Of a stretch of DNA of 64,000 nucleotides, positions 1-11,297 are shown piece after piece. Location of the stretch: assembly GCA_977020255.1 (NCBI GenBank), contig CDROCS010000772.1:806001-870000 (forward strand). Reading direction: 5' to 3'. The notes beneath the pieces are model-generated. The model was not told the DNA's origin. It saw only the letters and a list, made by a program, of their open reading frames with translations, and made no database searches. This DNA is from Obrimoposthia wandeli. Lineage: Eukaryota. The position numbers and the translations under genes are program-made. The first letter of the stretch is position 1; every line of letters begins with the position of its first letter.

Positions 1-165
1 GAAATATCAAAACAACGCCAGACAACAAAGACAAAACGACATGACCAGAAACGGATCTATCTGAAACGAATAATAATCAAAACTGTTTGCAAAAGGACAA
101 CCAAGGCCCTGTGCACTGTCGTACAAGGATTGATCTACGGAGTAGTAATTGGATTGGTACTATAA
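1..165 (+). CDS. 3' end of a gene running in from outside the window; C-terminal hydrophobic tail (tail-anchored membrane protein)
   Basis: Frame 1 is open from base 1 to TAA at 163-165: ...TVCKRTTKALCTVVQGLIYGVVIGLVL*. Not in the ORF track because it lacks a start. Confidence 0.4.
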   Translation, partial: EISKQRQTTKTKRHDQKRIYLKRIIIKTVCKRTTKALCTVVQGLIYGVVIGLVL

Positions 166-189
166 GCCATTTCAACGAGTAAAGCTGAA

Positions 190-1503
190 TTGATGACGCT
201 AGCTGAATATAATCTACATTTGAGAAATCTAGACAACACCCTAGAAATAATCAAGACGTCTCACAGTAAAGCCGTGATGATCATGTGTGTGAAAGGATGT
301 CCAGGACGATTATGTATAATACCAGCGACAGAAATGAAAACACTAAATGGATATTATGGAGTTAGTGTTGTCACATGTGAAGGATACACATTTGGACAAA
401 CTAAACTAGTACTTCTCAGTGACATGTCCAAACAAAGCACACATAAATTTAAAATATTAACCATCAAAAGTAAAGAGATACAAGCAATACGTTATGGTAT
501 TCTAGAATTGGTTAATCCAATCCTGGCATTGATTATCGGAATCATAATATTAATATTGCTCATCTTGTTTAGTTGTACAAAGATCGAGCTGAAATCGAAA
601 AAGAAACGTCACGATCTTACAAGACGAACAGGTCAAATGAATTTACAAAATTTCGACACAACTATACTAAGACCAGCATTTATAAATGAACCAGAACCGG
701 AGTATCAGCCAACAATATATGAACATATCGAGGAAAGACCGTACTTCATGAGTAATTTGAGTTATCCCAGAGAAGTTCCTGAGATTCGGAACCGAACGAT
801 AATAGGAATCATGCTGATCATACAAATCACCACGACCGAGGCTGGTTACGAGATCATGATCAGTAAATGGAGACAAGATACGATACGTGCGTTATACATA
901 GAAATACCTCTACTAAAAATGAATCACATAGTAGACATTCAACTACAAATATCTGCAACCGAAAATGTCGATCAGAAATTGTATGTCATCCGCCAGATTG
1001 AAATAAATATTGACAAACATACACTTTACTACCGACTGATACTATTCTATTATGAAAAGGTATTATACCTACGAATAACAATATCAAAAAAGAAACGGAT
1101 TATCAAAATTATCCGAACAAAGTCAGTAATATTGTCTAACGACGAGCGCATCTGGAAAGTTATTGACATAATTATGGTCACAGGTAAACGACGTAAAACT
1201 GTATGGAATTCCGTTAATTTATTTATCAGATTGTTAGAAACTGACCAGGTAACAGTGGCGTGTCCCAATCCATATGACGGAATCAAATTCGCAATACAAC
1301 CCCAACTGTTAGTACCACATTATGATGCAGAATGTATATGTAACCGAATTTCCAGTAATGCTAAAGAAACCTCTACCGTAATCATAGTAATAACAGGTGA
1401 AATATTCTATATAACTCTAAGATACCAGACACGTCGATTTCGTGGACTGGGTATGAGGATCAGACCCAAGAAACTCCATTCCAAGAGACTAAAACAATCA
1501 TAA
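190..1503 (+). CDS. 437-aa hypothetical membrane protein in the accessory region of the LTR element
   Basis: Long open frame in AT-rich DNA; clear TM segment PILALIIGIIILILLILFSC followed by a basic stop-transfer stretch KIELKSKKKR. First ATG at 193. No family recognised. Confidence 0.6.
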   Translation: MMTLAEYNLHLRNLDNTLEIIKTSHSKAVMIMCVKGCPGRLCIIPATEMKTLNGYYGVSVVTCEGYTFGQTKLVLLSDMSKQSTHKFKILTIKSKEIQAIRYGILELVNPILALIIGIIILILLILFSCTKIELKSKKKRHDLTRRTGQMNLQNFDTTILRPAFINEPEPEYQPTIYEHIEERPYFMSNLSYPREVPEIRNRTIIGIMLIIQITTTEAGYEIMISKWRQDTIRALYIEIPLLKMNHIVDIQLQISATENVDQKLYVIRQIEINIDKHTLYYRLILFYYEKVLYLRITISKKKRIIKIIRTKSVILSNDERIWKVIDIIMVTGKRRKTVWNSVNLFIRLLETDQVTVACPNPYDGIKFAIQPQLLVPHYDAECICNRISSNAKETSTVIIVITGEIFYITLRYQTRRFRGLGMRIRPKKLHSKRLKQS

Positions 1504-2013
1504 AGAAGGCAAAGGTGAAAGGAAGAAAACGCCATTCCGAGAAACCAAACACCACAATAAAAAAGGCAATGGTGAAAAGAAAGAGCTCAATCCCCGAAAC
1601 CAAAGCACAATTATCGAGAGGACAAGAGTGAAAGGAATGATTCCACTGGATCTCAAATCTCGAATAATAATACCCTTTAGACAAAAACAAAATATCCGAA
1701 TCCGTGATTTAATAGAAAATCGGACATAATACACGGAAACCAAACAGCATCATTTGAGACGCCATTCAAACCAACAAACAACAAAATAAAATATGATTAC
1801 CAATCCTCAGACAGCGGGATAACTGCAGTCAATGCTTTAATTGTAATGGCCGTAGTGTCAACTGCAGTAGTTCTATTGACAATCGTGTGCGTGAAAGACA
1901 GACAGATATGCCCAAGAATACGACGAAGATGCAAAGAGCTACGATGCTGTAATACACCCATGGTGGAGGAAGTGGAATTGCGACCCTTACCTCCGCCTCC
2001 CATCAAGACATGA
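1503..2013 (+). pseudogene. Degenerate type-I membrane protein with TM segment and proline-rich tail
   Basis: Open from 1708 to TGA at 2011-2013: ...GITAVNALIVMAVVSTAVVLLTIVCVKDRQICPRIRRRCKELRCC...LRPLPPPPIKT*. In-frame TGA at 1705 corresponds to CGA in the inverted copy (ORF 28703-28948 and upstream). Confidence 0.5.
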
Positions 2014-2140
2014 CAAGTCAGAGGAAGTTGTAGATAAATTAGTGTGTAAAAATATGTAGAGATATGTAGAAGCGATTGTACAAACAAGTGTAGAATTATG
2101 TAAAATTCATGTAGAAATTAATTGTCATCATGTATTTAGA

Positions 2141-2440
2141 ATGACTGAGGAATGCCGAATATGTTTGAAAAATATAACCGAACGAAGAACAAGACCCAAT
2201 ACCTGCAACCATCTACACCACGAGGAATATTTATCAAAATGGATCACAACTTATGGAGAGTTCCCCCATCCAACATACCCTCGTTGCCCTGTATGCAGAA
2301 GACAATTCATAAAGTTCATCATAATAGAAACCAACCAAGAGGATGTAGATGTACAGGTGGAATTTTGTTGGAAAGATTTGAGAGAGTGTTGTTGTTTTTT
2401 CTGTATATCAGAACGACAAGATTCGACCACATTTGTGTAA
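2141..2440 (+). CDS. RING-H2 protein 1 (sixth ligand Cys changed to Tyr in this copy)
   Basis: CRIC-x13-CNH-LH-H-EE-Y...CPVC; the inverted copy reads HEECL. C-terminal Cys-rich motif FCWKDLRECCCFFC. Confidence 0.8.
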   Translation: MTEECRICLKNITERRTRPNTCNHLHHEEYLSKWITTYGEFPHPTYPRCPVCRRQFIKFIIIETNQEDVDVQVEFCWKDLRECCCFFCISERQDSTTFV

Positions 2441-2500
2441 ACATCACACAACAACCAACCCTCAATCGAGCCCAAATTCAACATCACCTCTCTCACAGCA

Positions 2501-2806
2501 ATGTCTGGAGAATGTTCCATCTGCTACGAGAACATCGATGACCTCTACACCAAATCCAACAACTGCGAACACAAATTCCATGTCCAATGCCTCGAGACAT
2601 GGATCCCAGTTGTCAACAGCAACAAGCCCCTCGACTACCCAACCTGCCCAATGTGCAGGGCATCCTTCTCGGTACACTTCGTATACAACCGAGACTGTCT
2701 TCAAGCAGTGGTACCCATCGTGTACTGTTGGAAGGACATCTGCGACTGCTGGTGCATGTTCAGCGTGGAGGAGCGACACACAGGCCAGCCCGACAGCCAA
2801 CAATAA
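2501..2806 (+). CDS. RING-H2 protein 2 (putative E3 ligase, all eight ligands intact)
   Basis: CSIC-x13-CEH-KF-H-VQ-C-LETW...CPMC; C-terminal YCWKDICDCWCMF. Confidence 0.9.
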   Translation: MSGECSICYENIDDLYTKSNNCEHKFHVQCLETWIPVVNSNKPLDYPTCPMCRASFSVHFVYNRDCLQAVVPIVYCWKDICDCWCMFSVEERHTGQPDSQQ

Positions 2807-3123
2807 TCGAAGGTAACTTTTTGACATAAACGTGACATCATGAACTAACCCTGTGTATCGCATACCGCGGTAAAATAGCTACCATAATTGTAATCATAAT
2901 TGTATAATCTTGTGAAACTGTAAAATGACCTTTACCATTTTTGTGTATGATGTTTATTTGAAATTGTAATTATTATACTGAAAATCCTAAAAGACACTTT
3001 TTATACTTAGAATGCGAAAAACATACCCAAAGAAAAGACAAAATTCGGTAGGTTAAAATATTAAGGTTTAAAATCATATAAACTTCAAATAAAAAGTGAT
3101 TTAACCGATACACCATTGTGCAG

Positions 3124-3654
3124 ATGATATGCTCGGTGTGCCTCAACAAAGTTCGGGACTCCTCGGCAATCCCTGCCGGGTGCTGTCACCGATTCCACGA
3201 AGCGTGCCACTATATGTGGGCCAAAGCTCGACCCGACGGCAACATCACATGCCCGATGTGCCGAGCACCTTTCACCGAGTGGACAATCCATTGCCGTGGA
3301 CGCTCAAAGGGCACCCGCTCACCTACCAGCTGTATTGGTGGCGAGTGGTGCCGATGCCCCATCTGCCCTATGCGCCGTCGCGACGCGCAGCGCAATATAC
3401 GAGAGGTGTGGCGGTCTAGCCGTGACCACCACTCGTGGCAGTACGCTCGGCGAGTGTGGCTCAGCAACCATGAGCAGCACAGTTCCGGCGCCCCCCTAAT
3501 CCGCCAAAGCCCGCATCTGAATATTTTCCAGCAGCTGGGGCTTTACCAGGGCGACACTCCAGTGTTCCCAACGTTGCCCCTGGAGTGGGTGATGCTATTC
3601 CTCGAGGAGTGGAATAGGCCAGTGCCCACCATCGACTTAACAATGGATGGCTGA
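3124..3654 (+). CDS. RING-H2 protein 3 with C-terminal extension
   Basis: CSVC-x13-CCH-RF-H-EA-C-HYMW...CPMC; ATG at 3124 (the track starts at GTG 3118); extra CRCPIC motif downstream. Confidence 0.85.
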   Translation: MICSVCLNKVRDSSAIPAGCCHRFHEACHYMWAKARPDGNITCPMCRAPFTEWTIHCRGRSKGTRSPTSCIGGEWCRCPICPMRRRDAQRNIREVWRSSRDHHSWQYARRVWLSNHEQHSSGAPLIRQSPHLNIFQQLGLYQGDTPVFPTLPLEWVMLFLEEWNRPVPTIDLTMDG

Positions 3655-3902
3655 TGGAACACTGACACTTACCCTTTCCTTCTCCTTTACCTTCTCTTAA
3701 CCTTCTCATTCTTAAAACATTCATTTTTGTAAAAATACATGTTTATTGAATATTCGTTGACCATGTCCGAATTATTCAAATAAGACCGAAAAATACCGAT
3801 TCTTGTCAACCAGTGGGTATGTTGAAGAGTAATTGAATGTTTGAAATTAAGTCGGGATGTTTTTTCTAAAATCTGGGACTAGTAAATAAAAATCGATACG
3901 TT

Positions 3903-3936
3903 CCGAGGACGTAACATTTTTGGAACCTCCGAGATA
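3903..3936 (+). promoter_or_regulatory. 3' internal terminus of an LTR element (degenerate PPT region)
   Basis: CCGAGGACGTAACATTTTTGGAACCTCCGAGATA directly precedes TGTTAGG. A CGAGGACG...T-run...PPT layout is typical just upstream of Gypsy 3' LTRs; the purine tract here is poor. Confidence 0.4.
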
Positions 3937-4372
3937 TGTTAGGATTAGGTTTTGAGTAATTTTAAATAATTAATTGATTTTATACTAAAATAAAAATCCT
4001 TGAAAGCAAGGTTATATTTAAAATAAAACTCATATTAAAATTAAATTGTTAAAATTAAGACGGGAATTAAATAATAGGACTACGAAGGTCATGTGTAAAC
4101 GTGTGCTGTATTTAAGGGATTTTAAACTTAACCTAAAGGCCCCAAAACGAAGTTAGCAAAGTATTGAAGAATTGATTAGAGGAAGAAGAAGGAAAATTAA
4201 AGAAAAGAAGAATATCGCAACAATCACAGCTGCCCCTGTCTGCTCTGTCTAAAAGTAAGAGCACTTATACTAAGTGCAAATTGATACAGTTTTTTTTAGG
4301 TATTGGACACAACCCACCTAACTAGTATATACTCACAACTACACTGTAATGATTCGAGATGAACCATACAGT

Positions 4373-5100
4373 TGTTGAGGATTCTAATTGAAACTCTTCT
4401 ATTAGATCCTCGTATGGAGGCCCCATCGTTAGTTCTGTAGCGATAGGGCTTACAGATGAATGTGGCCTACCTGTTCTTTTCTTACTTAATTCTAGTCTCA
4501 AATCTGAAGGTTTTATGTCTTATTGTCTTGTGGTGTGTTGTGTTCACAGAATAGCTAGTAGGACCCCAAAACTAGTGTGATGTGATATACGTTAGGTGGA
4601 TTTCTTATCAGCTGAGTTAGTTTTTAATGTTGGAAGGGTCTCGCAACACCGAGACCGAATATCAATGAAACAGAGCCGGGACCAATCGACGTAGACAATA
4701 CCCCTCTGAATCTGTCAGCACGTGAAATATTTTCTCGTGGGTTGTCCTTCGGCTAATCATATGTTAGAGGCACACGAATTTCACAAGGGAGTTAACTCGG
4801 AATGAATCTTCTATCGATTTCGCTAGAATAACTATAGTTAACTAAGTGCACTTAGAACTTCCCAAAATTACTACAGAAATACACAATATAGTTGGCACTT
4901 TTCTATGCGTATATTTTCATACGGCTCCTGCTATAATCACCCTTCAAATTATTCCCCGTGCCTTACTACTCGTCTAACTAACTATTTACTATTGTATACT
5001 ATCTCTACACTTATACAATATTATGGTAATTTCACTTTTACAATTATACTTTTACAATCAACGTAAATCAATTCTCTACTAGTTTAAGGTTTTACTCAAG
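4373..5100 (-). mobile_element. Inverted LTR fragment (3' end) of the same LTR family
   Basis: Reverse complement ends ...GGGGCCTCCATACGAGGATCTAATAGAAGAGTTTCAATTAGAATCCTCAACA and aligns by eye with 7992-8505. The inner boundary is approximate. Confidence 0.65.
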
Positions 5101-6303
5101 AATTATTTACTCCAATACACTTTTCAATTTAAAATGTAATTTTACTCAATAGCTTTTCAATTCAAAATGTTATTTTAGTCAATTCTAAATTATATGATTA
5201 TTTGTTATTACTAATATATATATAGTAACAACAAATAATCATGTAATTTAATAGAAAAACAAATTTTGATACCTTATTTGAGTAAATAATTGTTTATTGA
5301 ACAAATTATCTGAGAGAAACAGTGAAGTTATTTGGTTGAGGTTAGGAAACTAAAATAAAACTAAATAAATAAGTTAATTATAGGAAAAATTAACCTTAAA
5401 TAATGAAAGTTAAGAAAATAAATAAAATAATTTTTTGTATGAAAGCTTGAATTTAGAAATAAATAAAATATCAAGTAAGGTTAAAATATAGGTTAGAATA
5501 TGTGTATATAAGTTGAATAAATTGTGTAGAAAGGCCGAGAAAAAGATTAATAATTGCAAAATAGAATTGCAAGAGAAAAGAAAAGATAATAACATGGTAA
5601 AAATTGTTAAAGATAATTGTGTGAAATTAAGTGGCGGTTTCATTAGTCGTGAAGAGGAAATCTATTATTCGACATTGCAACGAGACATGGAAGTGCACTT
5701 AGGAGAATCAGTTAGTGCACTCAGGAATTATTAGCGACCGTGAAATCATCCAGGTGAGTTTTAGTATATAAAGAAAATGTATTATAACAAATTTCAGAAA
5801 ATTGATTGGCTTCAAGGAATTAATTTGCAATTTACGTGCATCGAATCGAGCTAATAAATCTGAGTCAAGAATCGATCTGAATTAATCTTGTAATATCCTA
5901 AATCGAATTAAAGAATAATAATTTAGTCGGATGTTAACCTTGTCAGAACATAATTGAATTTGAAATTAATATTTTAGCCAAGAAACCGACTAACCAGGAG
6001 AAAACAATAGGCTAAACTGCGTGAGAGACCCTCACCACATTAAGGATCGAATTGGAACTGGTGAGACCTCAATCCGAAATTAAAAGACAACATTTAGTGT
6101 CTTAAGATCGTAAACAATCCGGAATTTGAAGATAGTATTTTAATCGGAAATTAGTCTTGTACGATTGTGAGTTTTATTATAATATTATAGAAGTGTACGA
6201 AGCTAGTGGTATTATAATATACAAATTAGTTAGATAGACGAGTATTAAGGGACGGAAAATCTAGAAGAGTGAGCATAGCCAGAGACGTATAAAAGTATAA
6301 TCG

Positions 6304-7987
6304 TGTTAGGATTAAGTTTTGAGTAATTTTAAATAGTTAATTGATTTTATACTAAAATAAAAATTCTTGAAAGCAAAGTTATATTTACAATAAAACTCAT
6401 ATTAAAATTAAATTGTTAAAATTAAGACGGGAATTAAATATTAGGACCACGAAGGTCATGTGTAAACGTGTGCTGTATTTAAGGGATTTTAAACTTAACC
6501 AAAAGGCCCCAAAAAGAAGTTAGCAAAGTATTGAGAATTGATTAGAGGAAGAAGAAGGAAAATTAAAGAAAAGAAGAATATCGCAATAATCACAGCTGCC
6601 TGTCTGCTCTTACTAGAAGTAAGAGCACTTATACTAAGGGAAATTACACACATAAATTTATATATATAAATTGAGCGACCAGAAGTTGAGAGCCAGAAAA
6701 TCAGAATATAAGACTCGTGGATAAAATTCGAGCATTCACAAAAAACCCAATACAGATGTACAGCAGCGGTGAATCTCTTGACAATTGAAATCAGATCGAG
6801 GCAGTTCATCACACAAGGCGTCTCAAAAAAAAAGAAATCAGATCGAGGCTATCTGATAATCAATTGGATCGGATAAGGACGACACGAGGCAGTTCTTCAC
6901 ACAAGGCGTCTCTGCGGAATCGGAGCAAGGATATCCAGCGGTCAACCGGATCGAGACTGTCCAACAATCTCTGCGAAGGACGGTAAGAGCAGAGTGCGAT
7001 GTGTCGTTAAAATTGTTGATATTATTGATATTTAACTGCTCGAAAAAGTTGACATTCTAAAAGAATAGTCCTGTTTCTATAGAACTCACGTTGGGGCCCT
7101 CCATTCAGAGGATCTATATTAGAAACAGTTTCATATAGAAACCCCTGAAGAAAAATTAAATGAGTTATTGGTAAAATTTGATATCCTCATTGCTCATAAA
7201 ATTTGATATTAAAATTGTTTGTATAATTGATATTTTAACTGCTTGAAAAAGTTGACATTTCGAAAGAATAGTCTGAAGAAAATTAAGGGAATTATTTGTA
7301 AAAATTTGATATTCTCATTGGTCATAAAAATTGATATTCTAATTGTTTGTATAATTGACATTTTAAATGCTCGTAGAAGTTGACATTTAAAAAAAAAGGG
7401 TGAAGAAAATTTAAAAATTAAGGTATTCCCTTTTTAATTCGATATTCGATCAAAGTTATAAGAGCTGATCCCAGTTTAAAAGAAGAGTAACAAATTAAGT
7501 TATCTCAGTACATTTTCTATATTCTATCAATCTAAATTACTCCTAATTTTAGAGCAACAATCCCTCTAAACCTATTCCCTATTTTAGAGCAACCAGCTCT
7601 CCAAAATCCTATTACTTTAACCTTGTCACATTTTAGAGTAAAGTCTCTAGTAACCAACCAACCCTAAAATAAAATCGATAGATGGTTCATCTCCACTTGT
7701 GTAGAGACTTGGTGAAAGTCTTAGGAATAGTATTGTCATTATTAGAACATAATTAGAACGTGTTTAGCTTAGTGTGTTTAGTAATAAAAGATTTCCTACA
7801 ACTAGACAGCGTTGTTATAGATCCTTCCAATTTAAAAATAACAAACCTTCAGATAAGAATTGAGACAGGCAAGCATAACCTTAAGTAGGCCACAAACATC
7901 TACAAGTCCTGCTTCTATAGAACTCACGTTGGGGCCCTCCATTCAGAGGATCTATATTAGAAACAGTTTCATATAGAAACTCCAACA
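6304..7987 (+). mobile_element. Solo LTR (1,684 bp) inserted into another LTR
   Basis: TGTTAGG...CTCCAACA termini; 4-bp target site duplication ATCG at 6300-6303 and 7988-7991. Confidence 0.85.
7015..7420 (+). repeat. Three diverged copies of a ~128-bp unit inside the solo LTR
   Basis: Recurring TTGATATTT(T)AACTGCT.GAAAAAGTTGACATT core at about 7025, 7228 and 7357. Confidence 0.65.
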
Positions 7988-10900
7988 ATCGTAAGAAATG
8001 TCAATCCCATTGTGTACTTTGTAAGAATTTTTAGGAAGTTCAGTATACTAAGTTAAATATAGTTGTTTTAGCAAAGTCGATCGGAGGAGATTTCGAGTTC
8101 AATTTCTTGTGACATTTGCGTACCGTTAACATATAGATTAGCCGAGGGACAACCTACGAGATAATATTCCACGTGCCGAAGGATTCAGAGGAGTGTTGTT
8201 TACGTCAATTGATCCCGGCTTTTTTCATCGATAATATGTAATAAACTATTCGGACCTTCTGATATCAAAACTTAACCAGTCGATAAACGACCCACCCTGC
8301 GTTACACCACAGAACATTAGTTTTGGGGCATACTAGCTATTGTATGAACACAACTCTTTGAACACACCCCAAAACAATAAGACACAAATCCTTCAGATTG
8401 AGACTAAGATTAAGTAGGACACGAACAGGTAGGCCACATCCATATGTAAGCCCTATCGCTACAAAACTCACTTTGGAGGCCTCCATACAAGGATCTAATC
8501 GAAAATATTATTGTGATCCTATTTCCAAAAACCAGGGTTTTTATATCCTTTTAATTCCTATGTAGTGCCCGGGTCTTCCTGTCGGGACTTTTGATTTTAT
8601 TAGTTTAATCTAAATTGGGTTTGGTCCTTTTGATAATTTGCCCACTTAGGTTCCATCGGGTAACCCGTTAGTAGGTGTGTTTGCCTGCTAGTATTGTAAA
8701 GTTTTATGTACTTTCTTTTACTATAGGACTTTTTTACCCAAAGATGGGATTTTGATGAGCCGTACATTTTTCAATTGGAAATAATTTATGCTTTAAATGA
8801 TTGTTTGTTCATATATTTGCGACTTTATTTGTCTAGAAATTCTTCTTTAAAGTTTAATTAATTAACGTTTTAATTAACAAAAATCACATTTTTGTGGATC
8901 TTTCTTAATACGAAAGTTGAAAAACTTTCGAGCATACATGAAAAAAATCGATATTTCATTACTAATTTATGTGTAAATCAGATTTTGATCTAAGGTCTTT
9001 CTCTAAAAAGTTATTCCTAAAAAGGTGAATTTTACGCAAAATTAATTAATATTTTAAAACTATTATTCTTAATTGTGGGTCACTACATAACATTTTAATA
9101 AGTATTTCGGTATAAACTTTATTCATAACTTAAGCAATTGTTATTTATTTGTTTAAAGTTTTTAAGGATAGTTATTTAAATATTTGTTATTTTAAAGTTA
9201 TTTTAAATTTAACGGTAACAAATAAATATGTGGGTTGATTATCTCTCTTTCCTGTCATACCAGAACCAGTTTCTCCAAAGTTATAAATCTTTGCTTCTCT
9301 TATTCCAAGGACAGCTCATAATGTAATAAGATTTTTTTATTCTTATCGTTATACGTTGGAAATCAAGTCAAATGTTATTTTAACCTTATTTATGAATTTA
9401 CTAATAAAATTTTGACTGATTTGCATCGTTAAAGCTAAGCAAAAAAATGTCTTATTACTAGTGAATGTTAGTCGTATCAATTTTAATCTTATTTAACTTT
9501 TTTTGGGAGGGTACACCACAAATAATATTAACAGAGTAACAGTGACACCCCATAATTTATATTACTACCAAAACTTGACTTGATTTACCCCGATAGGATT
9601 GTTGTGTTTTATCAATTAAGAAATAAATAATTAAAATAATGAACAGAAATTCCCACAATCTGAGAGGCAAAATATTATTACTCTCCGATGAAGAAAAATA
9701 CCCCATTTCGTCCTGCCGAACTCTTTAGTAAGACGGCACGAATTTTTATCTTTGTCCTCACGGGTACTTGTCTATCGTAAAGTCGGAGATAAAACTGAAA
9801 AAAATAACATGGTGGTATTTCACCCATATAAACCTCCCTCTGTGTGCTGGTGGTGTCTTAGCCGTCTCTGTACCTGTCTAGATGTGTGAAAGATGAACAA
9901 ATCGAGTGGGCTGCGGCAACATCAGCTAACTCACTCCCAGTAGCATCGCCTAACACAACTGATTGTTCTGCTAACTATTGGCCAAATCTTTGTCTCTTTC
10001 TCCCTGCATCCAGTTTCCCCTTCACTGGAACTTCTTGCAGTGACATCTCCATCTGGGCTGCTTTTCTTTGAAATGTGCTGGCGAAATCAGCAAAAACACC
10101 GAAATCGGTAGCAACTTGTCGACGCTTTCCCTGAAAATATGGTTCCTCTAATCTCATTCTTCCTGTCTTCTCACCCATCTTCTTCCTCTCTCTACCGCAA
10201 CTGTGGGTCCTGCTGCTACCACTGCCATCTCTCATGGCCTCCGGTCCCTTTCCCTCACACAGTCACATCCGAGTCACACAGCTCTCTCTCTCATGTGTTG
10301 GTGCCTGTGTATTCATAATTTGTCTTCTGTGCTGTTTCTTCGGCATTCTCCATCTCTCCAATGTTCTCTCTTTAAAGCTTTCTCTCTGTATGTGTGCGAG
10401 TGTGTGTTCGTCAATGTGTATTGGTCACAATTGGATCACTTCAATTCAGCTCCTATTTTTAATCCCTGTACAAGTTTGGAAACAATAAAAAGAAAAAGAT
10501 TTATCGGATATCTTACAAAATTATTTGCAAACAAACTACGAATTTTATTTTTCGTACAAGTTTTGGAATAATAAAAAGAAAACAAATTTACCAGAAACAT
10601 TACAAATAAAACTTTATCAATAAAAGGCAAAATAAAGTTGAATTCTCGTTGTTACTATAAAGAAATGTTGCCAATTTAATTTTTATCGTTTAAATATAAG
10701 GAAATTATTTATAAGTATCAAAAAATACTATTTATTTAAAGAATCAAACTCCCACAATTTTATATGAATCTTTAACTATTCAAGATTTTGTCCAATTGAT
10801 TAAAAAACAATATTAAAATACTCTTTTTTCTTAGATCATCAAATCGTAGACCTGTACGAAAAATTATCATTTTTTATTAAAAACTTACCATTTCAAATGA

Positions 10901-11297
10901 TAACAATGTGAAAATATTTCTATTAAATTTGTAGAATATTTAACTAATAATAAACATATAAGAAGTTCATTTCATCAGAAATATTTACTAATTTAATTTT
11001 AAACAAGTTCTATATAGTTTCTGAATGTAAAACTTTACATTTTTCATACCTAATCAGCATATAATCTTAAAAATTACTGTACATTACAAAAACCTATTTT
11101 TCATTTTATCTTTTTATTTCATGGACTTAATATTTTTAATTCTTGAAACACAATTCAATGTAGTCTCGTTAATAAATTGAAAAGTCTTCAATTTACTTAT
11201 TTATTTATTTTTGAAAATTAGATTTTTATGAATTTTTATAATATATTCTACAATTTATCATATTTTTAAAACGTTTTGAAAGTTTAGTCAAAGTTTT

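Larger units (their letters stand above)
3937..8510 (+). mobile_element. Composite nested LTR region built from at least four related LTR pieces
   Basis: LTR start TGTTAGGATT at 3937, repeated at 6304. Minus-strand LTR piece 4373 to about 5100 is homologous to 6200-6300 plus 7992-8505. A plus-strand LTR (about 5340-8505) is interrupted by a solo LTR. Confidence 0.7.

Noticed and set aside
2152-3724. Many overlapping alternative-frame and antisense ORFs around the RING genes (also 27,074-28,572)
   Set aside because: Shadow ORFs of locally GC-richer coding sequence; no motifs.
5410-6812. ORFs of 73-105 aa inside the LTRs (mirrored at 23,982-25,386)
   Set aside because: Low-complexity LTR sequence; identity between arms reflects recent duplication, not coding constraint.
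8560-8760. Possible non-LTR retrotransposon fragment
   Set aside because: No diagnostic motif recoverable in any frame.
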